Assembly: GCA_963677485.1 (NCBI GenBank) | Contig: OY781964.1 | Location: 1,248,001 to 1,312,000, forward strand | Direction: 5' to 3' | DNA length: 64,000 bases | Origin: Armatimonadota bacterium | GTDB taxonomy: Bacteria; Armatimonadota; HRBIN16 | Part shown: positions 29,530 to 40,699 of the stretch, one piece after another | How positions within the stretch are numbered: position 1 is the first letter of the stretch | Layout of the letters: the number at the start of each line of letters is the position of its first letter | Program-made: the position numbers and the translations under genes | Notes under the pieces: model-generated | Databases searched by the model: none | Told to the model about the DNA's origin: nothing | The model's input: only the letters and a program-made list of their open reading frames with translations

Positions 29530-30165
29530 ATGCAAGACAACGCAAAAAGAGATTTCAACAAGGAAGCCCAAAGCTGGGATGATAACCCCATGAGGGTTCA
29601 GATGGCCCACCATATTGCAGATGCTATCCTGCAGCAGATCCCCGTTTCGAATGAGATGGATATGCTGGACTACGGTGCCGGAACAGGGCTTGTCACCCTC
29701 GCGCTGCAGCCTTATGTGCGCAGCGTCACAGCCGCCGACAACTCTGATGGCATGCTGGCCAGGCTCAGTGAGAAGGCCGAAGCCTCTGGCTTGAGCAATG
29801 TGAAGACCAAACTGCTTGATCTGGAGAAGCAGGCGGTGCCAGTTGACCGTTATGAGCTGATCATTTCGAGTATGACCATGCATCACTTACAGGATCATCG
29901 GGCATTGATATCGAACCTTGCTGCGATGTTGAGACCGGGCGGTTATCTGGCCATCGCCGATCTGGATCTGGATGATGGTGAGTTTCATGCCGACCAAACC
30001 GGGATTAGGCATGACGGCTTCGACCGGCAAGAGATCGTCCGTCTGTTCGCAGAAGCGGGCCTTGGTCAGGTAACGGCAACGACGGCTAACACCCTCACCA
30101 AAGAGGTGAAGGGCAAGGGGCCGAGGGAGTTCACCGTCTTTCTGGTCACGGGACGGAAAGCATAG
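29530..30165 (+). CDS. Class I SAM-dependent methyltransferase
   Basis: LDYGAGTG, SSMTMHH, LRPGGYLAIADL. Confidence 0.92.
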   Translation: MQDNAKRDFNKEAQSWDDNPMRVQMAHHIADAILQQIPVSNEMDMLDYGAGTGLVTLALQPYVRSVTAADNSDGMLARLSEKAEASGLSNVKTKLLDLEKQAVPVDRYELIISSMTMHHLQDHRALISNLAAMLRPGGYLAIADLDLDDGEFHADQTGIRHDGFDRQEIVRLFAEAGLGQVTATTANTLTKEVKGKGPREFTVFLVTGRKA

Positions 30166-30238
30166 GCCCATTGCTCATCAGTGTTCAGATACCATATTAC
30201 ATGGAAGCTCGTCACTGCTGTGTAAAGCGACATGGGGT

Positions 30239-32611
30239 ATGAATATGAAATCGGCAGCCACCGCTATGCTTGTGTTAACATTCTGTGCGATTGTGACATC
30301 ACTGACCCCAGTCGCCGCCAAAGCTGAATACCTCACCCCTGAAAAGGCGGGGTTTCACCACTGTGTGCTCATCTACCATACGGAAAAGCGGGATGCCAAT
30401 GCCCTGAAGCCGTATGTGGTGCGGATGCGAAACGGCCAGCCGACCAACGACTGGCTGTTCGATTCGTTCTTGTTCCTTGACTACTCGCTGCCGAGTGGAC
30501 GAGATACCGAAGCCGGTGCCACCAACATGCAGGACTGGCTGTGGCAGCTTGACAGCTGGTTCGCGAAAAACCGCGACATCGACGCCCTCAACCAGGCCAT
30601 CAGCCAAACCGCAGCGGTCATTGGAACCAAACCGAAAGCACGCAAAGTGATCCTCGCCATTCCCTGGCCGAACCCCGCCGTTACCGACTTCGGCGATGTG
30701 GATGGCGACGGAGTCAGCGAGAGCCTGGCCTCGCTGGCCGGTCGCGAGAAGGTAATGCGTTGGTATATCAAAGAGGCCATGACGCGCTTCCAGCAGGCCC
30801 GATACGAGCATTTGGAGCTCTGGGGATTTTACTGGATGCGGGAACGCATCGATGTCAACCCCGAGACGGTTCGTGCCGCTGCACGCATTGTGCATGAGGC
30901 CGACAGCAAGCTGCTGTGGATCCCCTGGTTCCGCGCGCCGGGCTGGCAGAATGCCTATAACTACGGCTTCGATGCCGTCATCATGCAGCCGAATTATTCA
31001 TTCAACACCTGGCTGGATGGCGGAAACATACGCTCAAACCGGCTGGATATCTGTGCCATGGATTGTGCCGATAAAGGGTTTGGGGTGGAGATAGAGAACC
31101 GGAGTAACCCACCTAACTTCACCGATGGGCAGGTGTTCCTGAACTACCTGGCCTATGGCGACGCCAAACGGCTGGGATACCAGAAGGCGGTGAACGGTTA
31201 TTTTCTGGATGTCCATTTCCTAGAAAACACCTACTTCTCAAAGCAGCCAGAACTCGTGCGCTATTATGAGGCCCTTGCCGACTACGTGACGGGCAAGACG
31301 ATCCCGGTGCCCATCGACACCGTGAAGTTGAGCTGGACAAAATCGGGCGTGGTGTATACCGGGGAGGGAAAGGTCGACCCCCTTCACAAGGTCTGCTATG
31401 TCGATGTCATCACCTCACGTGAACGGCTTTCGGGATGGCGTGGTGTAATAGAAGCCCAGTTCAAAAGAAATGGTAAATACAGTCCCGCAGGCTGGGCAGC
31501 CTATCTGCAAACAGGCACAGATAAAGTCGGATGTCTGCCTATCCCCGTGGATGGGGGTGGAGAGAGCCTCCGGCTGAAGGTGACCACCCTCTCCGGTACG
31601 TTCCGCCCTGATGCGGTGATCAGGGTCAGCCTGGATGCCACTGGACCTCATGCCAAGCCAAATATGGCACTGTTCAAGCCATATACTATTAGCCCCGATA
31701 TCACGCCTCGTGACTACCCAGACAGCGGCACTAGGCTGACCGACGGCGTGGTCGACCTTCAAGGTTTCCATTCAGGACTGAGCGTGGGCTGGATGTCCAC
31801 CAGAGTTCAGGTGCAATTAGACTTGGGGCAAAAGCGTGTGCTGACGGGTGTCGATCTGCATCTGCTGGGTGGCGGTGGTGCTGGTGTCAACTGGCCAAAG
31901 CAAGTCGACGCCGCGTTCTCGGCCTCAGAGGAGGTTCGGGGTAACTTCGCAGGGCTTGGCAATACGCCCGATGGGCTGGTGGTGGTCTCGAACAAGGCAG
32001 TCAGCGGCATCACCCGGAGGTCACCAAAGGATGCATCTGGTGTGATCTCGCTGCGCACCAAAAAAGCGACCACCGCGCGATACATCACAGTGGCCATCGA
32101 ACCTGATATCTGGCTGATGTTATCTGAGCTGCGGGTGAAAGGCAAGCAGGGTAATGTCGCCGTGAAGAGCTACCGAGTGACGCCGCGGCCCACCGCACAA
32201 CCGGGCGGACAATATGTGGACGACGGACGCAAACTAACCGATGGCGTGGATTATGAGGCCCTGAACAGCGGTTTGGTAGGCTGGACCGGCAAAAGCACGC
32301 GGGAGATCACCGTCGACCTGGGAGGTGTCCGCAGCACGCAGTCGTTCAGTGTGGTTGTGTTAAGCGATTTGTATTCCAGCAGGACGATGGCCGCTCCGGC
32401 GAAGGTGGAGTTTGTGGTCTCGCCTGACGGCCAGCAGTGGAGCAACCCGTTACCCGCGGCCAAACAGCCTCAGATTAACCAAAACAGCCTGTTTGAGTAT
32501 TCGGAGTACCGCGCCACCTGCCCTGCCGGTGCCAGTGCCCGCTACGTCCGAGCCGTCATCACCCCCAGCGGGGAGGAGCGCACGCTGGTCTCCGAAGTCG
32601 CCGTGCGGTAG
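30239..32611 (+). CDS. Secreted DUF4855-like TIM-barrel protein with C-terminal F5/8 (discoidin)-like domains
   Basis: Signal peptide, WLFDSFLFL, LWGFYWMRE, LLWIPWF, IMQPNY. Two LTDG...DLG repeats. Confidence 0.75.
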   Translation: MNMKSAATAMLVLTFCAIVTSLTPVAAKAEYLTPEKAGFHHCVLIYHTEKRDANALKPYVVRMRNGQPTNDWLFDSFLFLDYSLPSGRDTEAGATNMQDWLWQLDSWFAKNRDIDALNQAISQTAAVIGTKPKARKVILAIPWPNPAVTDFGDVDGDGVSESLASLAGREKVMRWYIKEAMTRFQQARYEHLELWGFYWMRERIDVNPETVRAAARIVHEADSKLLWIPWFRAPGWQNAYNYGFDAVIMQPNYSFNTWLDGGNIRSNRLDICAMDCADKGFGVEIENRSNPPNFTDGQVFLNYLAYGDAKRLGYQKAVNGYFLDVHFLENTYFSKQPELVRYYEALADYVTGKTIPVPIDTVKLSWTKSGVVYTGEGKVDPLHKVCYVDVITSRERLSGWRGVIEAQFKRNGKYSPAGWAAYLQTGTDKVGCLPIPVDGGGESLRLKVTTLSGTFRPDAVIRVSLDATGPHAKPNMALFKPYTISPDITPRDYPDSGTRLTDGVVDLQGFHSGLSVGWMSTRVQVQLDLGQKRVLTGVDLHLLGGGGAGVNWPKQVDAAFSASEEVRGNFAGLGNTPDGLVVVSNKAVSGITRRSPKDASGVISLRTKKATTARYITVAIEPDIWLMLSELRVKGKQGNVAVKSYRVTPRPTAQPGGQYVDDGRKLTDGVDYEALNSGLVGWTGKSTREITVDLGGVRSTQSFSVVVLSDLYSSRTMAAPAKVEFVVSPDGQQWSNPLPAAKQPQINQNSLFEYSEYRATCPAGASARYVRAVITPSGEERTLVSEVAVR

Positions 32612-32711
32612 GGGAGCACCTGCCCGTGCTGACACCGCAGCCCAGGCTGTAACTGGTCGTATGGACGCCCCTACGACCAGTTACTTGCGAGTGGATATAT
32701 CGGTCCATTCC

Positions 32712-33401
32712 CTATTTTCGGCGTCGAAAGATATAGTTCGGAGAACCAGCTGTCTTTTCAGATGCGTAGCCCAGGTTGGACAGGAATTCTACAACGGCTT
32801 CCTGACCCGTCTCCACCAGCAGAGTTGGTGAGTGCTCGGTCAGAATGCGCGTCATACCCTTCAATGCGGTCAGCTCGTGACCTTCGATATCCATCTTGAT
32901 GAACGCAATCTGATGGTCGAATGTCAAACTATCGAGTGGCATGAGGTAGATACCAACATACTCGGGGTCGAGTTCCGCCTCAGGTATCTCATGCGACTCG
33001 AGTGTAGCCCAGCACGCCCAAGACTTTGTCTTCGACCGGGGTATCCTGATCATCGCCTCGTCGCTCTTTTCCGATACCGCCGCATTGAACAAGCTGATGT
33101 TCCTGTAGGAAGCATGATGCATATTGGCGACAAGTGTTTCAAAGGTATCGGGAACCGGTTCAAATGCAAAAACCCTTCCCGTTTTACCAACAAGCGTCGA
33201 CAAGCGGGCGGTATAGCGGCCATCGTTCGCACCGATATCTATCACCCAGTCACCATCATGCACAAATTCATGAAGGCGTTGGAACTCAGGCTCGGGTGAC
33301 GCGAATGTGCCCTTCTTAATGGACCGGCCATGCCGAACCCGTGTGATGGCCCTCCGAAGTGATTCCGGTAATTGAAAGTAAAGTACCCGCAAAAAACTCA
33401 T
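32712..33401 (-). CDS. FkbM family methyltransferase
   Basis: IDIGANDG, VFAFEP, FIKMDIEGHE. Confidence 0.92.
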   Translation of the reverse strand: MSFLRVLYFQLPESLRRAITRVRHGRSIKKGTFASPEPEFQRLHEFVHDGDWVIDIGANDGRYTARLSTLVGKTGRVFAFEPVPDTFETLVANMHHASYRNISLFNAAVSEKSDEAMIRIPRSKTKSWACWATLESHEIPEAELDPEYVGIYLMPLDSLTFDHQIAFIKMDIEGHELTALKGMTRILTEHSPTLLVETGQEAVVEFLSNLGYASEKTAGSPNYIFRRRK

Positions 33402-33633
33402 AATAATCCTCCAGCAAGAGCCGTCGTTAATCCGTATCCAATCCGTGGTATAGATTAATGACCACAGATACCATCCATGGCGGAATCCCAAATCCATTAT
33501 GCCATATACCTGATCTGGCCAAACCACGGCAGCAGTACCATCGGTATCACCCTTCTGGCGAACACGCACCCTCTTCAGATTGGTGTATTCTATAAAAAGA
33601 GCTCATACCTTCCATTCAAGGAGAACATATACT

Positions 33634-36441
33634 ATGAATCCTTTCACAGGATCGTGGATTTGGTGCCTGGATACCCGCCCGAAGGTCAACCGCTGGGCCA
33701 GATTCGCAAAACAGTTCGATTACCGCGGCGGAGACGCCGTATTACACATTACCGCTGACAGCCGTTATATCCTATGGGTCAACGGCAGCTACCTGGGCGA
33801 GGGCCCTGCCCGCTGCTGGCCATGGGACTGGAGCTACGACAGCTACGACCTGACGCCCTACCTGCGGGCGAAGAACAACCGGATCGCCGTGCTGGTACAG
33901 CATCTGGGCACCGGCACGATGCAGTACATCCACGGACCAGAGGGGCTTCTGGCACAGCTTGAAATAGACCACCAGAGCCTGCCCACGGACGCAAGCTGGC
34001 TGGCGGCACCGGAGCTGGGAATGCTTCAGAACAGCAGCCGCCACGGCATCCAGCAGGGATACGAAGAGGTGTTCGATGCGCGCCTGACAGAGCTCAAATG
34101 GAGCTGCCCAGATCACAGCCTCTCCGGCTGGCAGCCCGCGGTGGAGCTGCGTTCTGCCGAGGACGGTCACCACGAAAACTTCATCCCCCGCGACATCCCA
34201 GCCATGACTCTGCAGCCTTATCTTCCAGTCAAGCTGGAAGCCGTGGAAGCGGTGAAGAGCCAAGGTTACCGCTTCAGTCTGAACCCGAAACCGATGCTGT
34301 TCCCGGAAGACGAGGCAGCAAACGGCTACTGGCAGCACTTCTATCTCTGCACACAGCTTTACAGCCCCGTTGATGGTGAGCTGAAGCTGGCCCCCGTGAG
34401 CTATTATCCCCACGCCATCAAGGTGAATGGCGTGCTGATGGAAAACAACGTCGCCCCGCTGAAAGCCGGCTGGAATGGCTTGATGATGAAGTATCGCTGC
34501 ATGATGCATCATCCCACCCACCAGATCACCCTGACAGGACCTAATGGCCTGAAGTTCGCGGCATATGGTGATCAGGGTGGTGATGAGTTGATGCTGGTGG
34601 GCAACTTCTTCGGCAAGCCTGAAGAGATGACCGGTCCTGGCTTCCACGACTTCGCTCCGAAACCAGTCGGTCTGCCCAGCGTGGAAGAGGGCGAAGCGGT
34701 CTGGGATTCCGGCGATGCACTGGCAGCCGCTAAGAGCTCCTACGCTCAACATATCCCTGAGCACCTGATGACCCGCATCGACCCCTCCGCTCAGTTCTAT
34801 ATGGACGAGGTGCTGGGCGATACGCAGCTTGGTGACCCTGAGGGCTTCATCAACGGCAACCAGTGGGTCACCGTGCCAGCGGGCACCGATACGCGCATCA
34901 CACTGGACTTCGGCAAGGAGCTTCTGGGTCTGCTGCAGTTTGATGTCATCGCCGCCGAAGGCACCGTGCTGGATGTGATGTTCTTCGAGTATATCGCGCC
35001 CGACGGCCGCCGCGACTGGTGCGACTGGTGCAGCCATGCACTGCGATACGTGTGCGTGGACGGCCGCCAGAGTTACACCGCCACCCACCGCAAGGGGATG
35101 CGCTATGCGGCCATCACCATCCGTGGCGCCGCCAAGCCGGTGCTGCTGCGGGGAGTGAAGATGCTTTTCCAGGGCTACCCGCAGGCGCGACAAGGCAGCT
35201 TCCAGTGCGCCGACGGCAAGCTGAACGCCATCTGGGAGGCCGGCGCACACAGTCTGCGCTGCTGCGCGGAGGACACCTACACCGACTGCCCCACTTTTGA
35301 GCGCGTGCATTGGGTGGGCGATGCCCGCAATGAGGCTCTGGTGGACTACACCGTGAACGGCGACCCCCGCCTGTGGCTGCACTGCGTGAAGCAGATCGCG
35401 GGCAGTCTGCACCGCTCACCCATCGTGGAATCGCATGTGCCCAGCGACTGGTGGAACATCCTGCCGGCCTGGACGGCGCTTTGGATGCGCATGTGCGTGG
35501 AGTATTACCAGTTCACGGGCGACTCAACCGGTGCCCGCGAGCTGATGGTCAGCTTGAAGAAGAACCACGAGGGCATCGAGCAGTTCGTGCGTGAGGACGG
35601 GCTGATTGAGATCACCGGCTGGAACATGTTCGACTGGGCACCGATGGACACACCGTCTACCGGTGCGGTGGTCACGCACATCTGCTGCTTCTTCGTGCTG
35701 GCTCTGCGCGATGTGGCACATCTCGCACATCAACTGAACGACAACGCGTTTGCCGACAACTGCACGGCTCTGGCAGACCGCATCAAGCAGGCGGTCAATG
35801 CCAAACTCTGGAACGAAGAGAAGCAGGCCTACACCGACTGCCTGCGCCCCGAGGGCCAGAGCAAGGTGTTCAGCCAGCAGACCCAAACCGTGGCCGCCTC
35901 CTCAGGCGTCGCCGAGGGCGAGCGCGCGACCCGCTGCCTCAGCATCATCCACAACCCGCCGGAGGGCTTTGTGGTCAGCGGCAGCCCCTTCTACGAGTTC
36001 TTCCTGCTGGAAGCGCTGCAGAGCGAGGGCAAGGATCAGGCCTTCATCGACCGCATCCGCAACGACTGGGGCTTCATAATCGACGCCGGTGCCACCACCT
36101 TCTGGGAGATGTTCAGCGGCACGGGCTGGATCAACAACGACACCTCGCGCGTGACCCGCAGCTTCTGCCATGGATGGTCGGCGGCCCCCACCTTCTTCCT
36201 GACCAACTGGGTGCTGGGCGTGCGACCGCTGGAGCCCGGTTTCAAGAAGATGGTGATTGAGCCCCATGCCGGTGACCTGCTGTGGAGCCGCGGCACCGTG
36301 CCCACGCCGCACGGGGTGGTGAACCTGAACTGGGTGAACGAGCCCGGCAAACCGATGCGCCTCACCGCGAAGATCCCGCAGGCCATCGAGTTTGAGCTCC
36401 GCCTGCCCGAAGGCGCCACGACCGACATCAGCCGGTTTTAA
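33634..36441 (+). CDS. GH78 alpha-L-rhamnosidase-like glycoside hydrolase
   Basis: ITADSRYILWVNG, DFGKE, TDCPTFERVHWVGD, GATTFWE, SFCHGWS, VPTPHG. Confidence 0.9.
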   Translation: MNPFTGSWIWCLDTRPKVNRWARFAKQFDYRGGDAVLHITADSRYILWVNGSYLGEGPARCWPWDWSYDSYDLTPYLRAKNNRIAVLVQHLGTGTMQYIHGPEGLLAQLEIDHQSLPTDASWLAAPELGMLQNSSRHGIQQGYEEVFDARLTELKWSCPDHSLSGWQPAVELRSAEDGHHENFIPRDIPAMTLQPYLPVKLEAVEAVKSQGYRFSLNPKPMLFPEDEAANGYWQHFYLCTQLYSPVDGELKLAPVSYYPHAIKVNGVLMENNVAPLKAGWNGLMMKYRCMMHHPTHQITLTGPNGLKFAAYGDQGGDELMLVGNFFGKPEEMTGPGFHDFAPKPVGLPSVEEGEAVWDSGDALAAAKSSYAQHIPEHLMTRIDPSAQFYMDEVLGDTQLGDPEGFINGNQWVTVPAGTDTRITLDFGKELLGLLQFDVIAAEGTVLDVMFFEYIAPDGRRDWCDWCSHALRYVCVDGRQSYTATHRKGMRYAAITIRGAAKPVLLRGVKMLFQGYPQARQGSFQCADGKLNAIWEAGAHSLRCCAEDTYTDCPTFERVHWVGDARNEALVDYTVNGDPRLWLHCVKQIAGSLHRSPIVESHVPSDWWNILPAWTALWMRMCVEYYQFTGDSTGARELMVSLKKNHEGIEQFVREDGLIEITGWNMFDWAPMDTPSTGAVVTHICCFFVLALRDVAHLAHQLNDNAFADNCTALADRIKQAVNAKLWNEEKQAYTDCLRPEGQSKVFSQQTQTVAASSGVAEGERATRCLSIIHNPPEGFVVSGSPFYEFFLLEALQSEGKDQAFIDRIRNDWGFIIDAGATTFWEMFSGTGWINNDTSRVTRSFCHGWSAAPTFFLTNWVLGVRPLEPGFKKMVIEPHAGDLLWSRGTVPTPHGVVNLNWVNEPGKPMRLTAKIPQAIEFELRLPEGATTDISRF

Positions 36442-36485
36442 GGCTGAGATTGCCTGGGCGTCCGATGGACGTCCAGGCGTGCATG

Positions 36486-37496
36486 TTAACTGCCGGTTGT
36501 TCTCGCTGCAGATTTTGGATTTATCGGTAGCAACAAATCCAGTTGCATATCATTCGGCTCGGTTTTATCCAAATCCACACGATTGATATAGTTCAGTTGT
36601 TCCTCAAGCCAGCCCCACATATTGTGTTCGCCCCAATCGCTATTGCCACGGTAATCGTATTGGCTCTGCGCCACCCATTTGAACAACCATTCCCATTCTT
36701 CAAACGCGCCTATTGGAATCATATGAGCGGCGTAGAGTCCTCCCTCCAAATGCTTTTTTACAAGCGGCTCTGCTACAGCAAAATCTTCGGGAATGGTGAC
36801 CCACATTTCATAACCGTGGTGATTGGTTTCGTCAACTGGGTTTGGTGCGTTAAATCCAAAATGCCGCAGGTCAGGTTTTATTACGGTTAGATTGCTGTCA
36901 CGAACAAAGGCGTCCACTACTTGATGACAGCGTTCTTCCGGGTCGTCGCCTTCATACTGGTAAGCAGCTACGGCAGCAGGTGGCAGGTAGATAATCCGCA
37001 CATCGCGGTCGGTCAGTTTGTTCAGCCTCTCGCTTGCGGATTGCAAATCCGCGACTGTCTTATCCTCTTTGAGCGGCATTTTCTGCACCGTCAGTGCGTC
37101 CACCGCTTTCAGCAGAGCGGTATCGTTTAGTAGGTTTAGCTTGATATCTTGATGAATACTCTCATTCAGTCGTGTGATGAAATTGCTGATGATATTACGG
37201 ATGGTGGACAGCGCAGTTATTTCGCCATCCAATTCGGCGAGGTTTTGCCGGAAAGCGTCGATGATGGCAGACGTGTTTTCACTCTGCAAGATGACTCCGA
37301 TTTGCTTGAGCGGAATCCTCAATTTACGCAGCACAAGAATTTGCTGCAGGCGATTGACAGTAGCTTCATCAAACGTTCGGTAGGCGTAGTCATCTTTCTT
37401 GACGCTCTCGATTAACCCGATTTGCTCATAGTAGCGCAATGTTCGGGTAGAGATACAGAGTCCTTTCGAGATTTCGCTGATAGTGATTAGGTTCAT
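36486..37496 (-). CDS. MerR family regulator with GyrI-like effector domain
   Basis: ISTRTLRYYEQIGLI HTH. C-terminal HGYEMWVTIP...GGLYAAH. Confidence 0.92.
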   Translation of the reverse strand: MNLITISEISKGLCISTRTLRYYEQIGLIESVKKDDYAYRTFDEATVNRLQQILVLRKLRIPLKQIGVILQSENTSAIIDAFRQNLAELDGEITALSTIRNIISNFITRLNESIHQDIKLNLLNDTALLKAVDALTVQKMPLKEDKTVADLQSASERLNKLTDRDVRIIYLPPAAVAAYQYEGDDPEERCHQVVDAFVRDSNLTVIKPDLRHFGFNAPNPVDETNHHGYEMWVTIPEDFAVAEPLVKKHLEGGLYAAHMIPIGAFEEWEWLFKWVAQSQYDYRGNSDWGEHNMWGWLEEQLNYINRVDLDKTEPNDMQLDLLLPINPKSAARTTGS

Positions 37497-37541
37497 TTGG
37501 ATTCACCTCCGAATATAGTTCCGTTCACACAGACTATATTT

Positions 37542-37572
37542 AGTGTAAACTGCGACGTCGCGTCAAAGTCAA
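37542..37572 (-). promoter_or_regulatory. MerR-type promoter with 19-bp spacer and dyad
   Basis: Minus strand TTGACT-N19-TACACT with the perfect palindrome GCGACGTCGC in the spacer. Confidence 0.75.
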
Positions 37573-37898
37573 GGGGATTTTCTGCCCGCGATAAAAATAC
37601 AGAGCTGCCCGAAGGCAGTTGCATCCAACACGTGGTGAATATGGCCAGCTTTCTTGGAACGTCAGTTGCTATACGGATTTAGTAGATACTATAGTAGATG
37701 GGCGAATTTGACGGGGTCAGGTCACTGCGAGCGAAACGACACTGGCCGTCGACTAATGAACCACGCGATACAGAAACCAGCACATAAAGGTCGTAGTCAT
37801 CGTGGTGCAGGGGTTCTTTCTGTGCGGGTGACCATACCCATGCCCTTAGTGGCTGAGGTGTTTCGATTTCGTAATAACTCTCTTACGAGGTATATTCC

Positions 37899-39278
37899 AT
37901 GCCAACCATCCGACCCACAGACAACGGTAAGCCTTGCGTCAACCCATGCATGGGCTGGACGATGCACTTCTACAGCAATATCCCGACCAACTACGGCTCT
38001 CAGCTGGAACCCTCGGATACCGTGGCCGATTTTCCGGGCCTCAGCACCGTGTTTCTACGGATACCGTGGGCTTTCCTGGAGCCACAGGAGGGCCTTTTCA
38101 ACTGGGCGCTGCTGGATACCCCCGCTCAGCGATGGATATCTCAGGGCAAGAAGGTCGCCATAAGCCTGACCTGCAGCGAAAGCTGGCTCCGCTTTGCCAC
38201 CCCGGAGTGGGTATTCAAGGCGGGAGCCAAGTCGGTGAGCTTCAACATGGGCACAGGACCTTCGGCTGATGGCAGTTTGGTGGATCCGATTTTTGACGAC
38301 CGCATCTTTCTGAAGAAGCTGGAGGCTTTCCTGATGGCCGCCGGTGCACGCTACGACCAAAACCCGAATGTTGAGTTTGTGGATGTGGGCAGCTTTGGTC
38401 TTTGGGGCGAAGGGCACACCATGATGAGCAGCCATTTCCCGCAGAAACGCGTCATGAGCTGCCTGAAAAAGCACTTCGATCTGCACAAGAAAGCCTTCCC
38501 GAACACGCTGCTGTATATCAGCGACGACATCGCTGGACCAGAGACGCCGGGCTCTCACTTCCCAGAGACCGACCTTGCGCTAGCCATGGATATCGGCTTG
38601 CGCGACGACAGTATTCTGGTGCAGCCGCCGCCCAAAAGCTGGTTCCATGCTCAGATGGCGCAGGCCTTCTGGCCAAAGCATCCGGTGGTGCTGGAGCATG
38701 AGCACTACGGCGGTTCGCTGGCGCGCGGGGCCTGGAGTAAGCCGCTGCTGTTGAAGTCTGTAGAGGATTACCATGCCAGCTTCATAAGCATCCACTGGTG
38801 GCCGCGCATCGAGCTTGAGGGGAACAGGGATATCATCGAGCGCATCAACCTGCGGATGGGGTATCGGCTGCAACTGCGCAAGCTGAGCCTGCCCGATTCG
38901 GTAGCCATCGGAGAGTGGTTTGATGTGGAGAGCACATGGGCCAACGCTGGAGTGGCCCCCTGTTACCCGGGCGGCTTCATGGCACTGACGCTTAAGGATG
39001 AGAAGGGCGGCATCGTCTCCCTGATGGTGGATGAGGGGCTCGACATGCGCAGTCTTGCCGTGGCGGCACCTGGCCGTGCTCCCGAGACCAGCCATCAGGC
39101 ACGCTTTGCCGTGGGATTGGTTGCTCCCACCACCAAAGCTGGCACATACAGCCTGTGGGTGAGCGTGGGACAGCGTGACGGCACCCCGGTGATGGAGCTG
39201 CCACTGGATGGCTCCGATGGTGCTAAGCGTTACCGCATCGGGGAGCTGCAAGTCACCGGCACCCAAAAGGGCTGGTAA
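37899..39278 (+). CDS. DUF4832-like glycoside hydrolase (GH-A TIM barrel)
   Basis: NPCMGW, RIPWAFLEPQEGLFNW, GSFGLWGEGH, RMGYRL, NAGVAPCY. Confidence 0.75.
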   Translation: MPTIRPTDNGKPCVNPCMGWTMHFYSNIPTNYGSQLEPSDTVADFPGLSTVFLRIPWAFLEPQEGLFNWALLDTPAQRWISQGKKVAISLTCSESWLRFATPEWVFKAGAKSVSFNMGTGPSADGSLVDPIFDDRIFLKKLEAFLMAAGARYDQNPNVEFVDVGSFGLWGEGHTMMSSHFPQKRVMSCLKKHFDLHKKAFPNTLLYISDDIAGPETPGSHFPETDLALAMDIGLRDDSILVQPPPKSWFHAQMAQAFWPKHPVVLEHEHYGGSLARGAWSKPLLLKSVEDYHASFISIHWWPRIELEGNRDIIERINLRMGYRLQLRKLSLPDSVAIGEWFDVESTWANAGVAPCYPGGFMALTLKDEKGGIVSLMVDEGLDMRSLAVAAPGRAPETSHQARFAVGLVAPTTKAGTYSLWVSVGQRDGTPVMELPLDGSDGAKRYRIGELQVTGTQKGW

Positions 39279-39850
39279 GCGAATCGACTACCTGCCGGGA
39301 TGGGGTGGACCAAACAATCTGTTGGGTCCGCCCCATCCCCGCTGCCCGAAGAGGCTTCCATCGGCATATCCGGTTTTAATGCAGGATTCGCTATGGCGTT
39401 TAAAAGATGCCCCTTTTGTGGTAACCCATCGCATGTTCACTGCTCTATGCATCCGAAATTGCCCCTCAAATGACCGTCTACCCACTTCGATAGTTCCATT
39501 TCGGCGTTATCTAGACGAATTTTACGTAATTTCCGTTTTCGACCCCAAATAAATGAACTTATTCAGCCGCGCCATAGTCTGATTACCTGTAGAGTTCTAA
39601 AATGAGGTCTGGTAAGCTATACTTGAGCTTGTCAAGGTGGAGTTGTTATATTTGTTCTGGTGCTGAAAGACATCCGAAGTGTATGATGGGCATATCGGAT
39701 GAGGAGCGCACAGATGCAGGTAATCACTGACCGACGCAGTTTGCGAGTAACCTACCCCAACTGATACGAAAAGTAAACGGGAGGCGACGTCTTTTTTTAG
39801 AACAGTAGAAATATCCATTGCATCTGAGAAAAAACAATAGGAGAGATCGA

Positions 39851-40648
39851 ATGAAGCGTGCAGGTTTCACCCTTATCGAGCTGCTCGTAGTGATCGCGAT
39901 CATCGCGATCCTGGCAGCCATCCTGTTCCCTGTCTTCGCCCAGGCGCGCGAAAAAGCGAAACAGAGTGCCTGTTTAAGCAACATGAAACAGATGGGCCTG
40001 GCAATGCGGCTCTACGCTGATGACAACGATAGCGGATTTCCGGCTGTATATGATGATGAGTCCGATACTAACCAGGACGGTCGTCTTGATCGACAGGTTT
40101 GGTCAGACAAAATCTTCCCATACACCAAGTCCCGCAACATATTCGCTTGTCCCTCAATGCCGAACAAGTGCATTGACGCCGCTACAATAGCCTCATATGA
40201 GGCTGGCGGTATGACCCAGAAGTCCCTGGGCATGACCACCTACCATATGAATATGTGTCACAACTGGCATTTCCCAGAGGGCACCAACACCACCTCCGGT
40301 GCACCGGACTATATCTATCCAGTGACTGAAAATCAGGCCGCGAACCCCACTCAGACCATTGCCATCCTTGAAGGCAATACGACCATCGGTTGGTTCTGGT
40401 CACACTGGAACGGCGCCCACGCTGGATGGGAAAGAACAAGACAGAATAACGGCAAAACGGAACTGCTTAGCCAGGACGGCGGCTATGGGCTAGTCACCGC
40501 TTCACGCCACACCGACGGCATCAACATCGCTTTCATTGATGGCCATGCTGGATTTAAGAAGATGGTCGCTCTGACCTGCAACTTCGAGATGTGGAACTTC
40601 CGTGAGAAACCCGATACCTGGGGGTTCCCTGCCCCCTGCACCAACTAA
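39851..40648 (+). CDS. Prepilin-type N-terminal cleavage/DUF1559/H-X9-DG protein (paralog A)
   Basis: [53 protein letters not shown]. Confidence 0.93.
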   Translation: MKRAGFTLIELLVVIAIIAILAAILFPVFAQAREKAKQSACLSNMKQMGLAMRLYADDNDSGFPAVYDDESDTNQDGRLDRQVWSDKIFPYTKSRNIFACPSMPNKCIDAATIASYEAGGMTQKSLGMTTYHMNMCHNWHFPEGTNTTSGAPDYIYPVTENQAANPTQTIAILEGNTTIGWFWSHWNGAHAGWERTRQNNGKTELLSQDGGYGLVTASRHTDGINIAFIDGHAGFKKMVALTCNFEMWNFREKPDTWGFPAPCTN

Positions 40649-40666
40649 ATAGCCACCGCCGTTTCC

Positions 40667-40699
40667 AGGCCAGCCATCCTTCGGGAGGCTGGCCTTTTT
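40667..40699 (+). terminator. Intrinsic terminator
   Basis: AGGCCAGCC...GGCTGGCCT followed by a T-run. Confidence 0.85.

Noticed and set aside
33772-35412. 546-aa antisense ORF (also 55458-56849, 5984-6958, 21818-22651, 42175-42996)
   Set aside because: Shadow ORFs opposite well-supported GC-rich genes, with no recognisable motifs.
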